This document shows, piece after piece, positions 39,544-49,180 of a DNA stretch of 64,000 nt. The stretch is from the NCBI GenBank assembly GCA_965208835.1, contig OZ242358.1:3200001-3264000 (forward strand), given 5' to 3'. The DNA comes from Candidatus Latescibacterota bacterium. Lineage in GTDB: Bacteria > Latescibacterota > UBA2968 > GCA-2709665. The position numbers and the translations under genes were made by a program. Below the pieces are notes generated by a model. The model had not been told where the DNA came from. It did not search any database and saw nothing but the letters and a program-made list of their open reading frames with translations. The first letter of the stretch is position 1, and each line of letters begins with the position of its first letter.

Positions 39544-41448
39544 TCAGGACCGGTGCAGGTCCGGGTCCTCCAGGGCCTCGTAGATCACGCCGCCCTCGAC
39601 GTTGCGCGGCATGGGCGCTCCCGTGAGGTAGCAGACCGTGGGCGCAACGTCGATGACGCGCACCTGCCGTTCGAGACGTCCCGCCGGGCGCACGCCGGCG
39701 CCGGCTGCGATGAAGGTCGAGTGCTGGCCGGCCATCCCGAACGCCACCGAGGGCAACTGCTTGCCGTGGGCGCCGTCGAACTCGGGACGCAGGGCGTAGA
39801 CGACGTCGCCCACCCTGTCCGACCACAGGTTCACCATCTCCGCGTCCTCGCGCGTGACGGCCAGCGCGAATGTCCGCCGCCCCGTGGCCGGATCTACATG
39901 GTCGTGCAGCGCCTGAATGATATCCTGGCAGACGGCGTTGTAGTCCGCGGGATCCACGATGCCGCCGGGTTCCCGGCCCTTCAGGTTCACGAAGATATGT
40001 ACCAGGCCCACGTCCGCCGCGCGAGTCCGCGACCAGTCGATGGAGCGGTTGGACCCGCTGCCCGTGTATTTCAGAAAACCTGCCTGCTCCAGCACCGCCG
40101 CGACGTTGACGACGGTATGCTGCTGGGATGTGCCGCCGTGGTCGGAGACCAGGAAGAACGCGGTGTCGTCACCGGCCAGCCCTCGCAGGCGCCCGATCCA
40201 GCGGTCGATGGAAGCATAGGTGCGCTCCACGCCTTCGCGGCACCGACGCTGCACCTCCGGAGGCGCACCGGAGTGGGGATCGGCGACGCGCAGGAAGAAA
40301 TGGCTGGTGTAGTCCGAGGCGTGGGTCTCCGTCATCAGCAGGTCCCAGTCCCGTGAGCCGGCGAGATACTCCGCCATGTCCGCCAGGCGCTGGTGGTGGA
40401 ATTCGAGCAGCTCGAAATAGGTATCGTCGTCGATCAGGCCGAGGGCGTCGCGCGCGGGATTCTGCAGGAAGTTGCCCACGTTCCGGTCGATCTCGCCGGC
40501 CACGGAAGCGGGTTTTGTGTACCCGTCGGGCGGCCAGATCTGGGGGATGAAGAGCTCGAAGGCGTCAGCCTCGGGCGTCAGCGTGATCAGCTTGGCCCGC
40601 ACGTATCCGCTCACCTTTCCGCCGTCGATCTCGAAGTTGTCCAGCCACCACTCGCTCCACTCCCCTACCCCCAGGTCGGCCAGCGGCTTTGACGCGTCCT
40701 TCGACCGGCAGAGGCGTACCCGGTCGTAGCCGCCAGCGCCGCTGGCGTAGATGAGCGCGTGGAGCGGCACGGGGGCGCCCTCCCGACCCCGCTTCATGCC
40801 CTCCCGACCCCTCGCCAGGGACTGGATGATGAGGACCGCCTCCTTCGGCGGCCGCTTCGATTCCGGCGCGCCGGACCATCCCGCGGCGTCCGACAGCGTC
40901 ACCGGGTCGAACTCGCGTACCCCCTGCAGGGCGCTCGGGTCAAGGGTTTCCGGGTCGCGCTGCGCCTCGAGCCGCCTTGGCGCCCATTTCCCGGCGACGA
41001 ACAAATGATAGCCCGCCACCTGGTGGTGGTTGGAGACGCCGGGGCCGGTACCCTCAACCTGCACGCCCGTGCGCACCGTTGGCGGCCACGACATCTCCCA
41101 CTTCACCAGGATTGGCGTCCGGCCGCCCCGCTCGAAGGCGTTCCAGATGTATTCCGAACGCGACAGAGACGTGTCGATGCCCCAGAGGGTGCGGTCCAGG
41201 GGCTCCCCAACGTGGCGGATATTGAAATCCATGATTCCGTGGGTGCCCGGCCACGATCCGGTGGACAGGGCCGTCCACCCCGGCGGCGTGAGCGTGGGAA
41301 AGACCCCAACCATGGGCCGCCAGACGCCCGCCGCCATTAAAGCGCGCACATTGGGCATATGGCCCGCGTCGGCCATGTTCCTGACCAGTTCCATGCTGGC
41401 GCCGTCCATGCCGGCGACGATGGCGCGCCGGGCGGGTGCGGTACTCAT
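39544..41448 (-). CDS. Alkaline phosphatase superfamily / nucleotide pyrophosphatase-phosphodiesterase
   Basis: GMDGA, PTLTPPGWT..TG..PGTHGI, VSDHG, VNLKGREPGG, DVAPT. Confidence 0.9.
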   Translation of the reverse strand: MSTAPARRAIVAGMDGASMELVRNMADAGHMPNVRALMAAGVWRPMVGVFPTLTPPGWTALSTGSWPGTHGIMDFNIRHVGEPLDRTLWGIDTSLSRSEYIWNAFERGGRTPILVKWEMSWPPTVRTGVQVEGTGPGVSNHHQVAGYHLFVAGKWAPRRLEAQRDPETLDPSALQGVREFDPVTLSDAAGWSGAPESKRPPKEAVLIIQSLARGREGMKRGREGAPVPLHALIYASGAGGYDRVRLCRSKDASKPLADLGVGEWSEWWLDNFEIDGGKVSGYVRAKLITLTPEADAFELFIPQIWPPDGYTKPASVAGEIDRNVGNFLQNPARDALGLIDDDTYFELLEFHHQRLADMAEYLAGSRDWDLLMTETHASDYTSHFFLRVADPHSGAPPEVQRRCREGVERTYASIDRWIGRLRGLAGDDTAFFLVSDHGGTSQQHTVVNVAAVLEQAGFLKYTGSGSNRSIDWSRTRAADVGLVHIFVNLKGREPGGIVDPADYNAVCQDIIQALHDHVDPATGRRTFALAVTREDAEMVNLWSDRVGDVVYALRPEFDGAHGKQLPSVAFGMAGQHSTFIAAGAGVRPAGRLERQVRVIDVAPTVCYLTGAPMPRNVEGGVIYEALEDPDLHRS

Positions 41449-41516
41449 AAGATACCTCCTGTGGTCACAACTGTCCAAAAACGGGTGTGGTTAACATCAA
41501 TTCAATAAAGACAAAC

Positions 41517-41702
41517 GTCGAATTGGCCACAAAAAGCTCGAATGCGGGGAGACAGTAGAGGTTAGACGGGAGAAGAAATCCTTGCCCGGTATGTCTTCGC
41601 TACTTGCCTTCGGCACGAAAAGAATCCCCACAAGGCAGGTAATCTCTACCGTCTTCCGGCTCCCGTCTACCCGCTTCTGATGGGCCGGAGGAAGAGGTCC
41701 CG
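41517..41702 (+). repeat. Dispersed structured repeat family A, copy 4
   Basis: GGGAGAAGAAATCCTTGCCCGGTATG...CTTGCCTTCGGCACGAAAAGAATCCCCACAAGGCAGGTAATCTCT; leading AATTGGCCACAAA shared with copy 6. Confidence 0.8.
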
Positions 41703-41724
41703 TTCACGTCCAGCGATTGTGAAT

Positions 41725-41786
41725 GTCACAAAATTACGCGAAATAAACGGCTGGCAAGAAGGGCAGACAGGAATGTCCGCCCCACC
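41725..41786. repeat. ACGCGAAATAAACGGCTGG motif (inverted copy near 47093-47112) and a REP-like hairpin
   Basis: GGGCAGACA-GGAA-TGTCCGCCC at 41761-41782. Confidence 0.5.
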
Positions 41787-41818
41787 TTTAAACCGGCTTC
41801 CTGAACGCGTAGAGCACC

Positions 41819-42889
41819 CTATGGAAGGCGTGGTATGACTTCCTTCGCCATCAATTCCATCGAGCGCTTCATCATCGCCTTGTCGTCCCAGTCGTGACCG
41901 ATCATCAGGACCGTGCCGAATCCGCCTGTGACGTCGTAAAGCGCCTGCAGGCGTCTCGTCACCGTGTCGGGACTGCCGACGATGGCGATCTCATCGATGA
42001 AATAGTCGCGGTTGAGGTCCGCATCGGACATCTCCGGGTCCATCTTCGGCAGGTCCAGCATGTTGGCTGTTTCGAGCATGCCGCGAAGATACATCAAAGA
42101 ATCGGCGAAGGCGCCATTGCAGGCGTGCTCTCGAGCCTCGGCATCGGTCTCGCCCACGCAGATGCTGCGAGAGATCCGCCAGTCGTGCCGGTCCGGATCG
42201 GGCCGCCCCCCTTCCGCGGCTCCCTCGCAGTACATCTCCCAATGCCGTTTCACCTTGTGCGAGGGCGCCATATTGATGCTGATGGGCAGGAACCCGCGCC
42301 TGCCGCCGGTGGTGGCCGCCATGGATTCTTCCCTGACGATGCTCATGGCAATCGGCGGATGGGGCTTCTGATACGGCTTCAACACCTCCCCCAACCCCAG
42401 TTCCGGGACTTTCTCCGCCATCGTGACGTTCCAGAAATCTCCCTTGAATTCGAACGGCCCGTCCTCGGTCCAGAGCTTCATGACGATGTCCATCGCCTCC
42501 AGGTTCATCAGCCCCTGGGTGCGCGGGTCCGGCAGATCGAACAGCGGCCAGTCGGTAGGCACGCCGCCCTGCCCGAAGCCCACGTTGATGCGCCCTCGGG
42601 ACAGGTGATCGAGATACGCGAGGCGCACGGCCACGTTCGCCGGGTGATGCTGCGTCATGATGGTGACCCCCGTGCCCAGTCGGATTCGCTCCGTCTGAGG
42701 GAGGACGTGGGCGATAAACACGTCGTTTGCGGGAATCGGCTCCCACATTGCGGTGTGGTGCTGGCCGATCCACGCCTCGGCGAAACCGAGCTCCTCGGCC
42801 CACAACACGCACTCGATGTCCTCTTCGAACGTCTGCGTGCGGTCCTTCTGCGGCGGATGCAGCGGCATCATGAACTTTCCGACTTTCAT
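41819..42889 (-). CDS. LLM-class (luciferase-like) flavin-dependent oxidoreductase
   Basis: FMMPLHP, EAWIGQHHT, IRLGTGV, LDHLSRGR, PYQKPHPP, IVGSP. Confidence 0.92.
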   Translation of the reverse strand: MKVGKFMMPLHPPQKDRTQTFEEDIECVLWAEELGFAEAWIGQHHTAMWEPIPANDVFIAHVLPQTERIRLGTGVTIMTQHHPANVAVRLAYLDHLSRGRINVGFGQGGVPTDWPLFDLPDPRTQGLMNLEAMDIVMKLWTEDGPFEFKGDFWNVTMAEKVPELGLGEVLKPYQKPHPPIAMSIVREESMAATTGGRRGFLPISINMAPSHKVKRHWEMYCEGAAEGGRPDPDRHDWRISRSICVGETDAEAREHACNGAFADSLMYLRGMLETANMLDLPKMDPEMSDADLNRDYFIDEIAIVGSPDTVTRRLQALYDVTGGFGTVLMIGHDWDDKAMMKRSMELMAKEVIPRLP

Positions 42890-43007
42890 TTTCTTTCCTC
42901 CCGAACAACTGAAATCAATCGTCGGTTGTCCACCGGTTCTTCATTCACCCTGTGCGTCATTGAGTCGTCGATAAATCTCTCTTTGCGTGTGCCGCTGATC
43001 TCGCGAA

Positions 43008-43901
43008 TCACTGACCATCGCTACCAGCCGTTTCATCTGCCGGCGCTCTCAGACTTTCGAACACCGCGGCCGACAGGATGATCAGCCCGCCGGTGATTTC
43101 CCTGCCGGATGGAATGGCGGCCAGGAAAACGATCGCGATGATGACGCCGTAGACGGTTTCCAGCGCCAGGGTTATTCCGACGACTTTCCCCGAAAGGAGC
43201 CGCTGGCTGTTGACGAACAGAATTCGAGCGAAACCGGTCAGCATCACGCCCAGCACCACCACGAGAACGAGATCCCTTGTTCCGGGCAACTCGAACAGGG
43301 TCTCATTGTAGAACATGAATGGAAGGAGGAGCAGGCCCGCGATGCCCAATTCATAGGCTGAAATGTCCCAGGTATTGTATCTGTCGATGATCCGTTTCTT
43401 GCGCAGCAGGATAAAGAGGGGGAGCATTGCGCCGGAGGCCATGCCGTAAAGAACCCCCTGAAAATTCGCATCGGACAGATCGAACTCCGGCGCCAGGCAG
43501 TAGACACCGATCAGGACCGCAACCGCGCTGGCGAAGTCAACGGCCCGCAGCCTGACGTTGAAGAAGAGACTCTCCAGAAACACCATGAGGACCGGATAGG
43601 TATACGTCGTCACCAGGCCGATGGCGACCGTCGAGACCTTGATCGACTGGAAGAAAAGTACCCAGTGGACCGAAAGCAGGACTGCGATCGCCGCAAAGGT
43701 CGCCAGATCGCTCCAGCTCCTGATGGGCGCGTGGCTCTTGAGCCGTATCGCGACGAGGAAGAGGACGATGGCCGCGAGCACCGTTCGCCAGAAGACGATC
43801 TGATACGGTTCGAGGTCCACCGCCTTTCCGAGAGGACCGATGAATCCATACAGGAGTGTTGCAACATGCACCTCCACGAGCGATCGGGACCTATCTGTCA
43901 T
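43008..43901 (-). CDS. DMT/EamA-family transporter
   Basis: About 10 TM segments, HWVLFFQSIK, ETVYG. Confidence 0.88.
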   Translation of the reverse strand: MTDRSRSLVEVHVATLLYGFIGPLGKAVDLEPYQIVFWRTVLAAIVLFLVAIRLKSHAPIRSWSDLATFAAIAVLLSVHWVLFFQSIKVSTVAIGLVTTYTYPVLMVFLESLFFNVRLRAVDFASAVAVLIGVYCLAPEFDLSDANFQGVLYGMASGAMLPLFILLRKKRIIDRYNTWDISAYELGIAGLLLLPFMFYNETLFELPGTRDLVLVVVLGVMLTGFARILFVNSQRLLSGKVVGITLALETVYGVIIAIVFLAAIPSGREITGGLIILSAAVFESLRAPADETAGSDGQ

Positions 43902-44026
43902 GCCCTGGCCTCGATACCGGACGATGTCGGTGTTGGTTGCGCCGGCTGGTACACTCTTGACATTGATGGGGTCTTTGTCGTACTTTTCACTGCCCCAAAT
44001 GAAGCAAATAGACGAGGAGAATCACA

Positions 44027-44260
44027 ATGCCTGAGCCATCGATCGTACGAGACCTGGAAGAAAAAATCAGTCGCCTCAGTACGGATGAGCAGATGCAGCT
44101 TATTGAGCGCGTTAGTCACCGTATACGCGCTGTCAACACTTCGAACAAGGTCATTGATGCTCAGTAAGGCGAAATGGCAGCCGATCCCGAAATTCAAAAG
44201 GAACTCAGGGATATCGAAAACGAATTCTCCTCGACAGAGGGCGACAGACTGGATGACTGA
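44027..44260 (+). pseudogene. Small antitoxin-like gene with in-frame stop; not in the ORF track
   Basis: GAGGAG RBS; MPEPSIVRDLEEKISRLSTDEQMQLIERVSHRIR...IDAQ*GEMAADPEIQKELRDIENEFSSTEGDRLDD*; TAA at 44165-44167. Confidence 0.65.
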
Positions 44261-44277
44261 TGGCCGTCGAGCGAAGC
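44260..44277 (+). pseudogene. Stub of a probable PemK/MazF toxin
   Basis: TGATG stop-start coupling; MAVER resembles MazF starts (MxxxRGE), then similarity ends. Confidence 0.35.
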
Positions 44278-44325
44278 CCACGGGTTGGAGTTGATTTTCA
44301 TCCTTCTTCGACGTTTTTTCAAAAT

Positions 44326-45006
44326 TCAAGTATATATTCCGATCGTAATTCGGCGCACCCTGGCCGACGCCTCTCCATCCGCGAACAGCGCCGTCCCGAT
44401 GGCGGGCGCCAGCACCTGTCCGGTCGGAAAGCCCTGCGGACCGCAGGACACGTAGGAATACCCCAGGTGCGCCTTGGCTGACTTCGCTTCGATATTGACG
44501 ATGACTCCCAGGTCGACGTCATCGATCACCGTCCCTCCGTCCTGGATCTGACCTTCGCCGCCTTCGGCGAAGAGCGTCTGCTCACCCTCCATAGACCCGT
44601 CCCGCGTGACAAGCCGCACGCGGCCGGCCGGCGGTACGCCGGCATCCACGGGAACGGCTTCCAGTTTAATCCCGGCGGGATTGTCACTCGGTGAAACAAA
44701 ACCCAGGCTGAACTCCGCCGACCCGTTCACCGTCACTCCCACCGCCACCAGTTCCATGACCTTCACGACGGACATGCTCATGCATGGACCGCTCAACGTC
44801 ACGCCGGCGCCGGTGTTTCCCCTTGCGACCATCGCGTAGTGACTGCCGTAGGCATCCGTATAGTCACACGTCGTGGCGCTGGACGATCCGGTCAGCGTTT
44901 GCGTCATCCACGCCGGCTGGCCGTGTGTGAAGTTGACCTCCTCGACTTCCGCGTGATACGTCGTTCGCAGCATCCTTCGGTTCATGGTTCTTCCCCCTGC
45001 ATCCAA
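44326..45006 (-). CDS. Hypothetical protein, beta-strand rich
   Basis: 226-aa ORF co-oriented with the upstream gene; no recognised motif; start may be 44985. Confidence 0.6.
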   Translation of the reverse strand: MDAGGRTMNRRMLRTTYHAEVEEVNFTHGQPAWMTQTLTGSSSATTCDYTDAYGSHYAMVARGNTGAGVTLSGPCMSMSVVKVMELVAVGVTVNGSAEFSLGFVSPSDNPAGIKLEAVPVDAGVPPAGRVRLVTRDGSMEGEQTLFAEGGEGQIQDGGTVIDDVDLGVIVNIEAKSAKAHLGYSYVSCGPQGFPTGQVLAPAIGTALFADGEASARVRRITIGIYT

Positions 45007-45040
45007 TCGGTCGATTCAATTGAGTCCTGATGACCTGCGT

Positions 45041-45952
45041 CTACTTCCACTCGATCACCGCCGCGTTGATCCCGCTGCATAGCAGATAGAGCTTGTCCTC
45101 GTGAAACACCGGAAACGGCCAGTGTCCGGAATCGAGTACACACCCCATGTCCTCGTACGGACCGGTCACGTCCGAGCCCTCCGAAAGCGCCCCGGAAAGT
45201 CCGCGATCATCGTTGAACAGCATCAGCCAGCGGTCCCAAAAGCGGACGAGGATTGATGCGAACGGACCCCGGCTGCCCGGCATATTCCCAAGCAGCGGTT
45301 TTTTCGACAGCCGCCAGTGGATGCCGTCCACGCTCATCGCCAGACCGGCCACGGTCGTCACCCCATTCGCCTGCGCGTTCCATCCGAGCCCGTTCCCCTG
45401 AAAGGTCCCGATGAACATCGGTCCGTCCTTGACCACCCGGACGTAGCTCACGCTCTGACCGTACCAGTGGTTCTTTCGGTTCGGGTGCGTTGTCATGATA
45501 GGGAAAATCTTCTGCTCGAAATGGACGCCGTCACTGGAAGTCGCGAGTGCGGTCGGCTGCCTCCCGCTCGTGTGTACGCCATGGAAATACATGTAGACCT
45601 CTCCGTTATGCACGACGGCCGAGGGAGATGAAATGTGCTTCGTGAACGACGTCGCCGAGAGTTCGAGTACGGCCCTCCGCCACGTCCACGGACCCAGCGG
45701 GTGCGGCGCCGTTGCGAGCCAGATTTCCGACCCGTCGTGCGTCGCCACGTAGGCGTAGAACGCATCGATCGGATCCGGAAGCACACCCACCGTCGGCAGC
45801 ACCGAGATGTACGTCGCATCCTGTCCCGCGAATTCCTGGTCGTCCGTCGCCGTCAGGACCGGGTTTCCCTCGTACTGCACCGCCTTCGGCAGATGGAACG
45901 ACATCTGTCCCGCGGCGCCGGCCGCAGTGTACTCCAATGGAAAGGTCTTCAT
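45041..45952 (-). CDS. Five-bladed beta-propeller glycosidase-like protein
   Basis: EGNPVL, HPLGPWT, HISSP, YMYFHG, ATSSDGVHF, SVDGIHW; GGAGG RBS. Confidence 0.7.
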   Translation of the reverse strand: MKTFPLEYTAAGAAGQMSFHLPKAVQYEGNPVLTATDDQEFAGQDATYISVLPTVGVLPDPIDAFYAYVATHDGSEIWLATAPHPLGPWTWRRAVLELSATSFTKHISSPSAVVHNGEVYMYFHGVHTSGRQPTALATSSDGVHFEQKIFPIMTTHPNRKNHWYGQSVSYVRVVKDGPMFIGTFQGNGLGWNAQANGVTTVAGLAMSVDGIHWRLSKKPLLGNMPGSRGPFASILVRFWDRWLMLFNDDRGLSGALSEGSDVTGPYEDMGCVLDSGHWPFPVFHEDKLYLLCSGINAAVIEWK

Positions 45953-45984
45953 TCTGCCTCCTTCACCTTTTACGTTGTATACGC

Positions 45985-46638
45985 CTATCTGCCGGGAGTC
46001 CCGCCCACCGGAAGCGCATCGACCAGATCGTGAAAGGAATCGTAGATCTCACAATCCGCACCCGCAAACCGGAACCTGTCCTGGTGCCCCTGCGACACGA
46101 CAAGCGGACGGCAGCCCACGGCGCGCGCCACCTCCACGTCGTGGTCCGTGTCGCCTATGAATAGCGTCGCGGATGGAACGAGGTCGAAATCTTCAATCAG
46201 ATCGCGACATCTCTGCTCTTTCGACGCTGCCAATCGATCGGAAAGCCCGTACACACCCTTGAATTGTCCCTGTATTCCGTGAATTCGCACCCACGAAACG
46301 ACCATTTCTTCTTCGGCAGCCGACAAAACGAACTGGTCTATTCCATATTTCTCCATGTAATCCAGCGCCTCCGCGATTCCCGGATTGAGCGAACACGATC
46401 CGATTCCGGCCTGGTACACGCTGTGGAATTCATCGGAAATTTCGCGTTGGTCTTCACCGTTCAGGTTGAATCCCAGGCGACGATAGTAATCGAATACGGG
46501 AAACCGGAAGACCCGTCGATGCGTCGCCTTGTCGATCGTCGGCAGTCCTCTTCTGCGCAACAGTTCGTTCATCGAGCGCGTGGCAAGCTCTACGTCATCC
46601 AGAATGGTACCGTTGAAGTCCCAAATCACTGATTTCAT
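45985..46638 (-). CDS. HAD-family hydrolase
   Basis: IWDFNGT, VLSA, FIGDTDHD. Confidence 0.92.
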   Translation of the reverse strand: MKSVIWDFNGTILDDVELATRSMNELLRRRGLPTIDKATHRRVFRFPVFDYYRRLGFNLNGEDQREISDEFHSVYQAGIGSCSLNPGIAEALDYMEKYGIDQFVLSAAEEEMVVSWVRIHGIQGQFKGVYGLSDRLAASKEQRCRDLIEDFDLVPSATLFIGDTDHDVEVARAVGCRPLVVSQGHQDRFRFAGADCEIYDSFHDLVDALPVGGTPGR

Positions 46639-46680
46639 TGAACTTTTATAAAGTACTCGCGCCCACGGAAATTACAAAGG

Positions 46681-46794
46681 AATTCAGTGCTGTCCAAGAA
46701 CCGTAGGATACTGAGAGATAAGATTCGAATAGTGGCTTCAATTTGCGATCTTGTACGGGTTTGACTCGGATAACGAAAACGGGTTGCCATCGGT
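46681..46794. repeat. Second copy of the ~115-bp segment at 22652-22766
   Basis: Colinear identity blocks as listed for the first copy. Confidence 0.7.
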
Positions 46795-46811
46795 CGGTTT
46801 TGTTTCAACGT

Positions 46812-47040
46812 ATGTTATTCTGAGCGGAGTCGAAGCATCTCTCGCCGCATCTGTCCCGCGCTGCAGGCGGACGTGCCGCCTCTCAGGTATTGACACGTGA
46901 AAATCGCAACAGGGATGATCCGATGCTGCAGTAGATCCTTCGTCGTCCTGGGGGTCTCCTCTGGATGACAGCGGGGAGCCAAGTGTATGACAATCGTAAA
47001 ACATGCCATTCTGAGCGCGCTGGCCTCCTCAGGATGACAG
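46812..47040. repeat. Degenerate REP-like cluster (GTCATTCTGAG / CAGGATGACA type)
   Basis: GTTATTCTGAGCGGAGTCGAAGCATCT, AGATCCTTCG...CTGGATGACA, GCCATTCTGAG...CTCAGGATGACA. Confidence 0.5.
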
Positions 47041-47183
47041 TCTTCTCGAAGGCAGGACCGACTCGTTTCTCCAATGGCTGTGGACGATCTTTCCAGCCGT
47101 TTATTTCGCGTATTTTCGCGTTTTCGTAGTTAGTCAAGTCCGCTTGGGAACAGGTGTGCAAGTAGCACGATAATTTTCCTCGC

Positions 47184-48530
47184 TCAGTTCATCAATTCGC
47201 CGAGAACCTCCAGACCCTTCTCAAGAATCGGATCTTCCGAATCGCTCCTGGCTTCCGTCATCGGATCGACGAGTACGGAAGGCGTATACACACTTCTTGA
47301 CGATCCGACGAACCCTCGAGACGCCGGGTCACCCTTCAGCGTGCCGTTGAAGATCTTTTGATTTGTGTACTGAAATCCGATTCCTGTATTGGGCATCCGC
47401 ATCGTGAGAACCGAACCCTCCAGTCCCGCCATCTTCGTTCCAACCACGGTCGCTCGATCAAGTGCATCCAGGCTGATAGCCAGACCCTCGCCCGCGCTTC
47501 CAGTCCGATGGCTTACCAGAACCACCAGAGGTTGTTCGTACTGCCATTCTCCGCTCGGTCTCACCCGGCTCAGAAACGGCTCTCCGTTGCGGGGCACGGT
47601 TTGCTGGTAGACGCACTCCCGATCGATCAGGCGTCCTATAATTCCCTCGACGACCCCCGTATTGCCGCCGCCGACTTTGCGCAGGTCCAAGATCAGACCG
47701 TTGGTATCGCGGAGTTCTTCCAGTGCGAAGTCGAATAGATCCAGGAGTCGATTGCCTGCCAGTGTGCTGTTGATGATCATGTAACCGACACGGGGATCTA
47801 GTGTACGAAAATCAAGTCTGATTTCGTGTTGCGAATCATATACTGCATCAAAGGCGTCGAACGGGATGGATGCTGGCGTCGCCTCGCCCTGGAATTCGAC
47901 TTCGATGGTCCTGATCTCATTCCGATTTCCCGCCAGGACTTTTCTCAGCGTCCAACTTCTAATCTCGTCGTCGACCTCGACGATTGCCCTGCCCATCCGC
48001 TTGCGGACGGCGTCTTCGATCGGCATTCCATTGAAACCAAGGATTTCCATCCCGGGACGCAGACCTGCGAATTCGGCGGGAAAGCCCGGTCGGATTCCCG
48101 TAACGATCGCTCTTCCGTCTGTCCATTCCGCCCAGATATCCGTCCGCGAAGGCACGATGTTCGGCGAAGATGCCGTATGCGTGTTCAGATGAATATGGTC
48201 GTCGTACAGTTCCTCCAGAACCGTCTCCATCAAAGCGATAAATTCCGATTTTGTCGAAATCGAACGAATTTGAGGTCGGTAAATCTCTCTGACTCGATCC
48301 CAGTCCGTACGCTTTTCGTCAAAATATGCATAGTCCGCCCTGAACGTCTCCCACAGAAAATCGAAGTCCTCTTCATACTGTTCCGCCGTGAGGTCGCTCT
48401 GCGCAAACGCGATGGAACTGCTGAGGAAATTGAACGTCAACAGCGCGCAGAAGAGGAATACAAGGAGCATCGATTCCGGTCCGGTGTTTTGTTCCAGGTG
48501 CGCGACCGCGATACCGCGGATCTTACGCAA
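47184..48530 (-). CDS. S41-family peptidase with PDZ-like domain
   Basis: DFDFLWE..YAYF, LYDDH, AGLRPG, LILDLR, TGSAGE; signal peptide; start may be 48470. Confidence 0.9.
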   Translation of the reverse strand: MRKIRGIAVAHLEQNTGPESMLLVFLFCALLTFNFLSSSIAFAQSDLTAEQYEEDFDFLWETFRADYAYFDEKRTDWDRVREIYRPQIRSISTKSEFIALMETVLEELYDDHIHLNTHTASSPNIVPSRTDIWAEWTDGRAIVTGIRPGFPAEFAGLRPGMEILGFNGMPIEDAVRKRMGRAIVEVDDEIRSWTLRKVLAGNRNEIRTIEVEFQGEATPASIPFDAFDAVYDSQHEIRLDFRTLDPRVGYMIINSTLAGNRLLDLFDFALEELRDTNGLILDLRKVGGGNTGVVEGIIGRLIDRECVYQQTVPRNGEPFLSRVRPSGEWQYEQPLVVLVSHRTGSAGEGLAISLDALDRATVVGTKMAGLEGSVLTMRMPNTGIGFQYTNQKIFNGTLKGDPASRGFVGSSRSVYTPSVLVDPMTEARSDSEDPILEKGLEVLGELMN

Positions 48531-48550
48531 TGGGTTGCCGCAAACGTCGG

Positions 48551-49159
48551 TCAGAGGATCTCGCTGCCGAAGTCCGCATAGGTCCCCGCGGTGGAGAGCC
48601 TGATTGGGGTATCGGATTGATCCGGCTCGGTTGCGATGGAATCCAGCGACGCGAAATCGGGGATGGTCCAGACGGCGAGGCCGCCGGGTTCGGGCGCCAG
48701 TGTCCCGATTCTCTGCACGAGGAGATTCAGCGTGAAATCCGGATGCTGTTTCGCACGGCTCTTGAAGAAGCTTGTGACGTTATCCGTGGTGTCGCGGGTG
48801 CCGAAGAACTCGGCGTAGTACGTGCCCTTACGGGCCGGTACCGGCGGGAGCAGCGGACTGTAGCAGCCGGCGACGTCGATCCGCGCGACCTGAAAGAAAG
48901 GCTGTTCCAGGTCGTCCGCCTCGCCACTGCGAAAGATCCGGTCCCACGCGTCCAGTCTCTCGAGACCGGCGTTCCGCGTGTGCCAGACGGTCATGTACTC
49001 CGGTTGGGGTCCCAATCGCCACGTGCGGCCGATGGACAGAACCAACTCGTCCTCATACCCGCTGTCCCAGCCCTCCTGTCCCTGTGCGGCCTGCGCGCGA
49101 AACGTCTCCAGATCGATGCCTGGCAGACGGCTGATGTACTCGATGTAGACAAGTCCCAT
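48551..49159 (-). CDS. Hypothetical protein, possibly a dimeric alpha/beta barrel with an internal duplication
   Basis: Two similar halves (YIEY..GRTWRLGPQP..VW; YAEF..RIGTLAPEP..VW). Confidence 0.65.
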   Translation of the reverse strand: MGLVYIEYISRLPGIDLETFRAQAAQGQEGWDSGYEDELVLSIGRTWRLGPQPEYMTVWHTRNAGLERLDAWDRIFRSGEADDLEQPFFQVARIDVAGCYSPLLPPVPARKGTYYAEFFGTRDTTDNVTSFFKSRAKQHPDFTLNLLVQRIGTLAPEPGGLAVWTIPDFASLDSIATEPDQSDTPIRLSTAGTYADFGSEIL

Positions 49160-49180
49160 CGTGTGTGTTGTCCTTATAAT

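Noticed and set aside
43898-44329. 143-aa minus-strand ORF
   Set aside because: No motifs; the region is better explained by the + strand antitoxin pseudogene with a clear RBS
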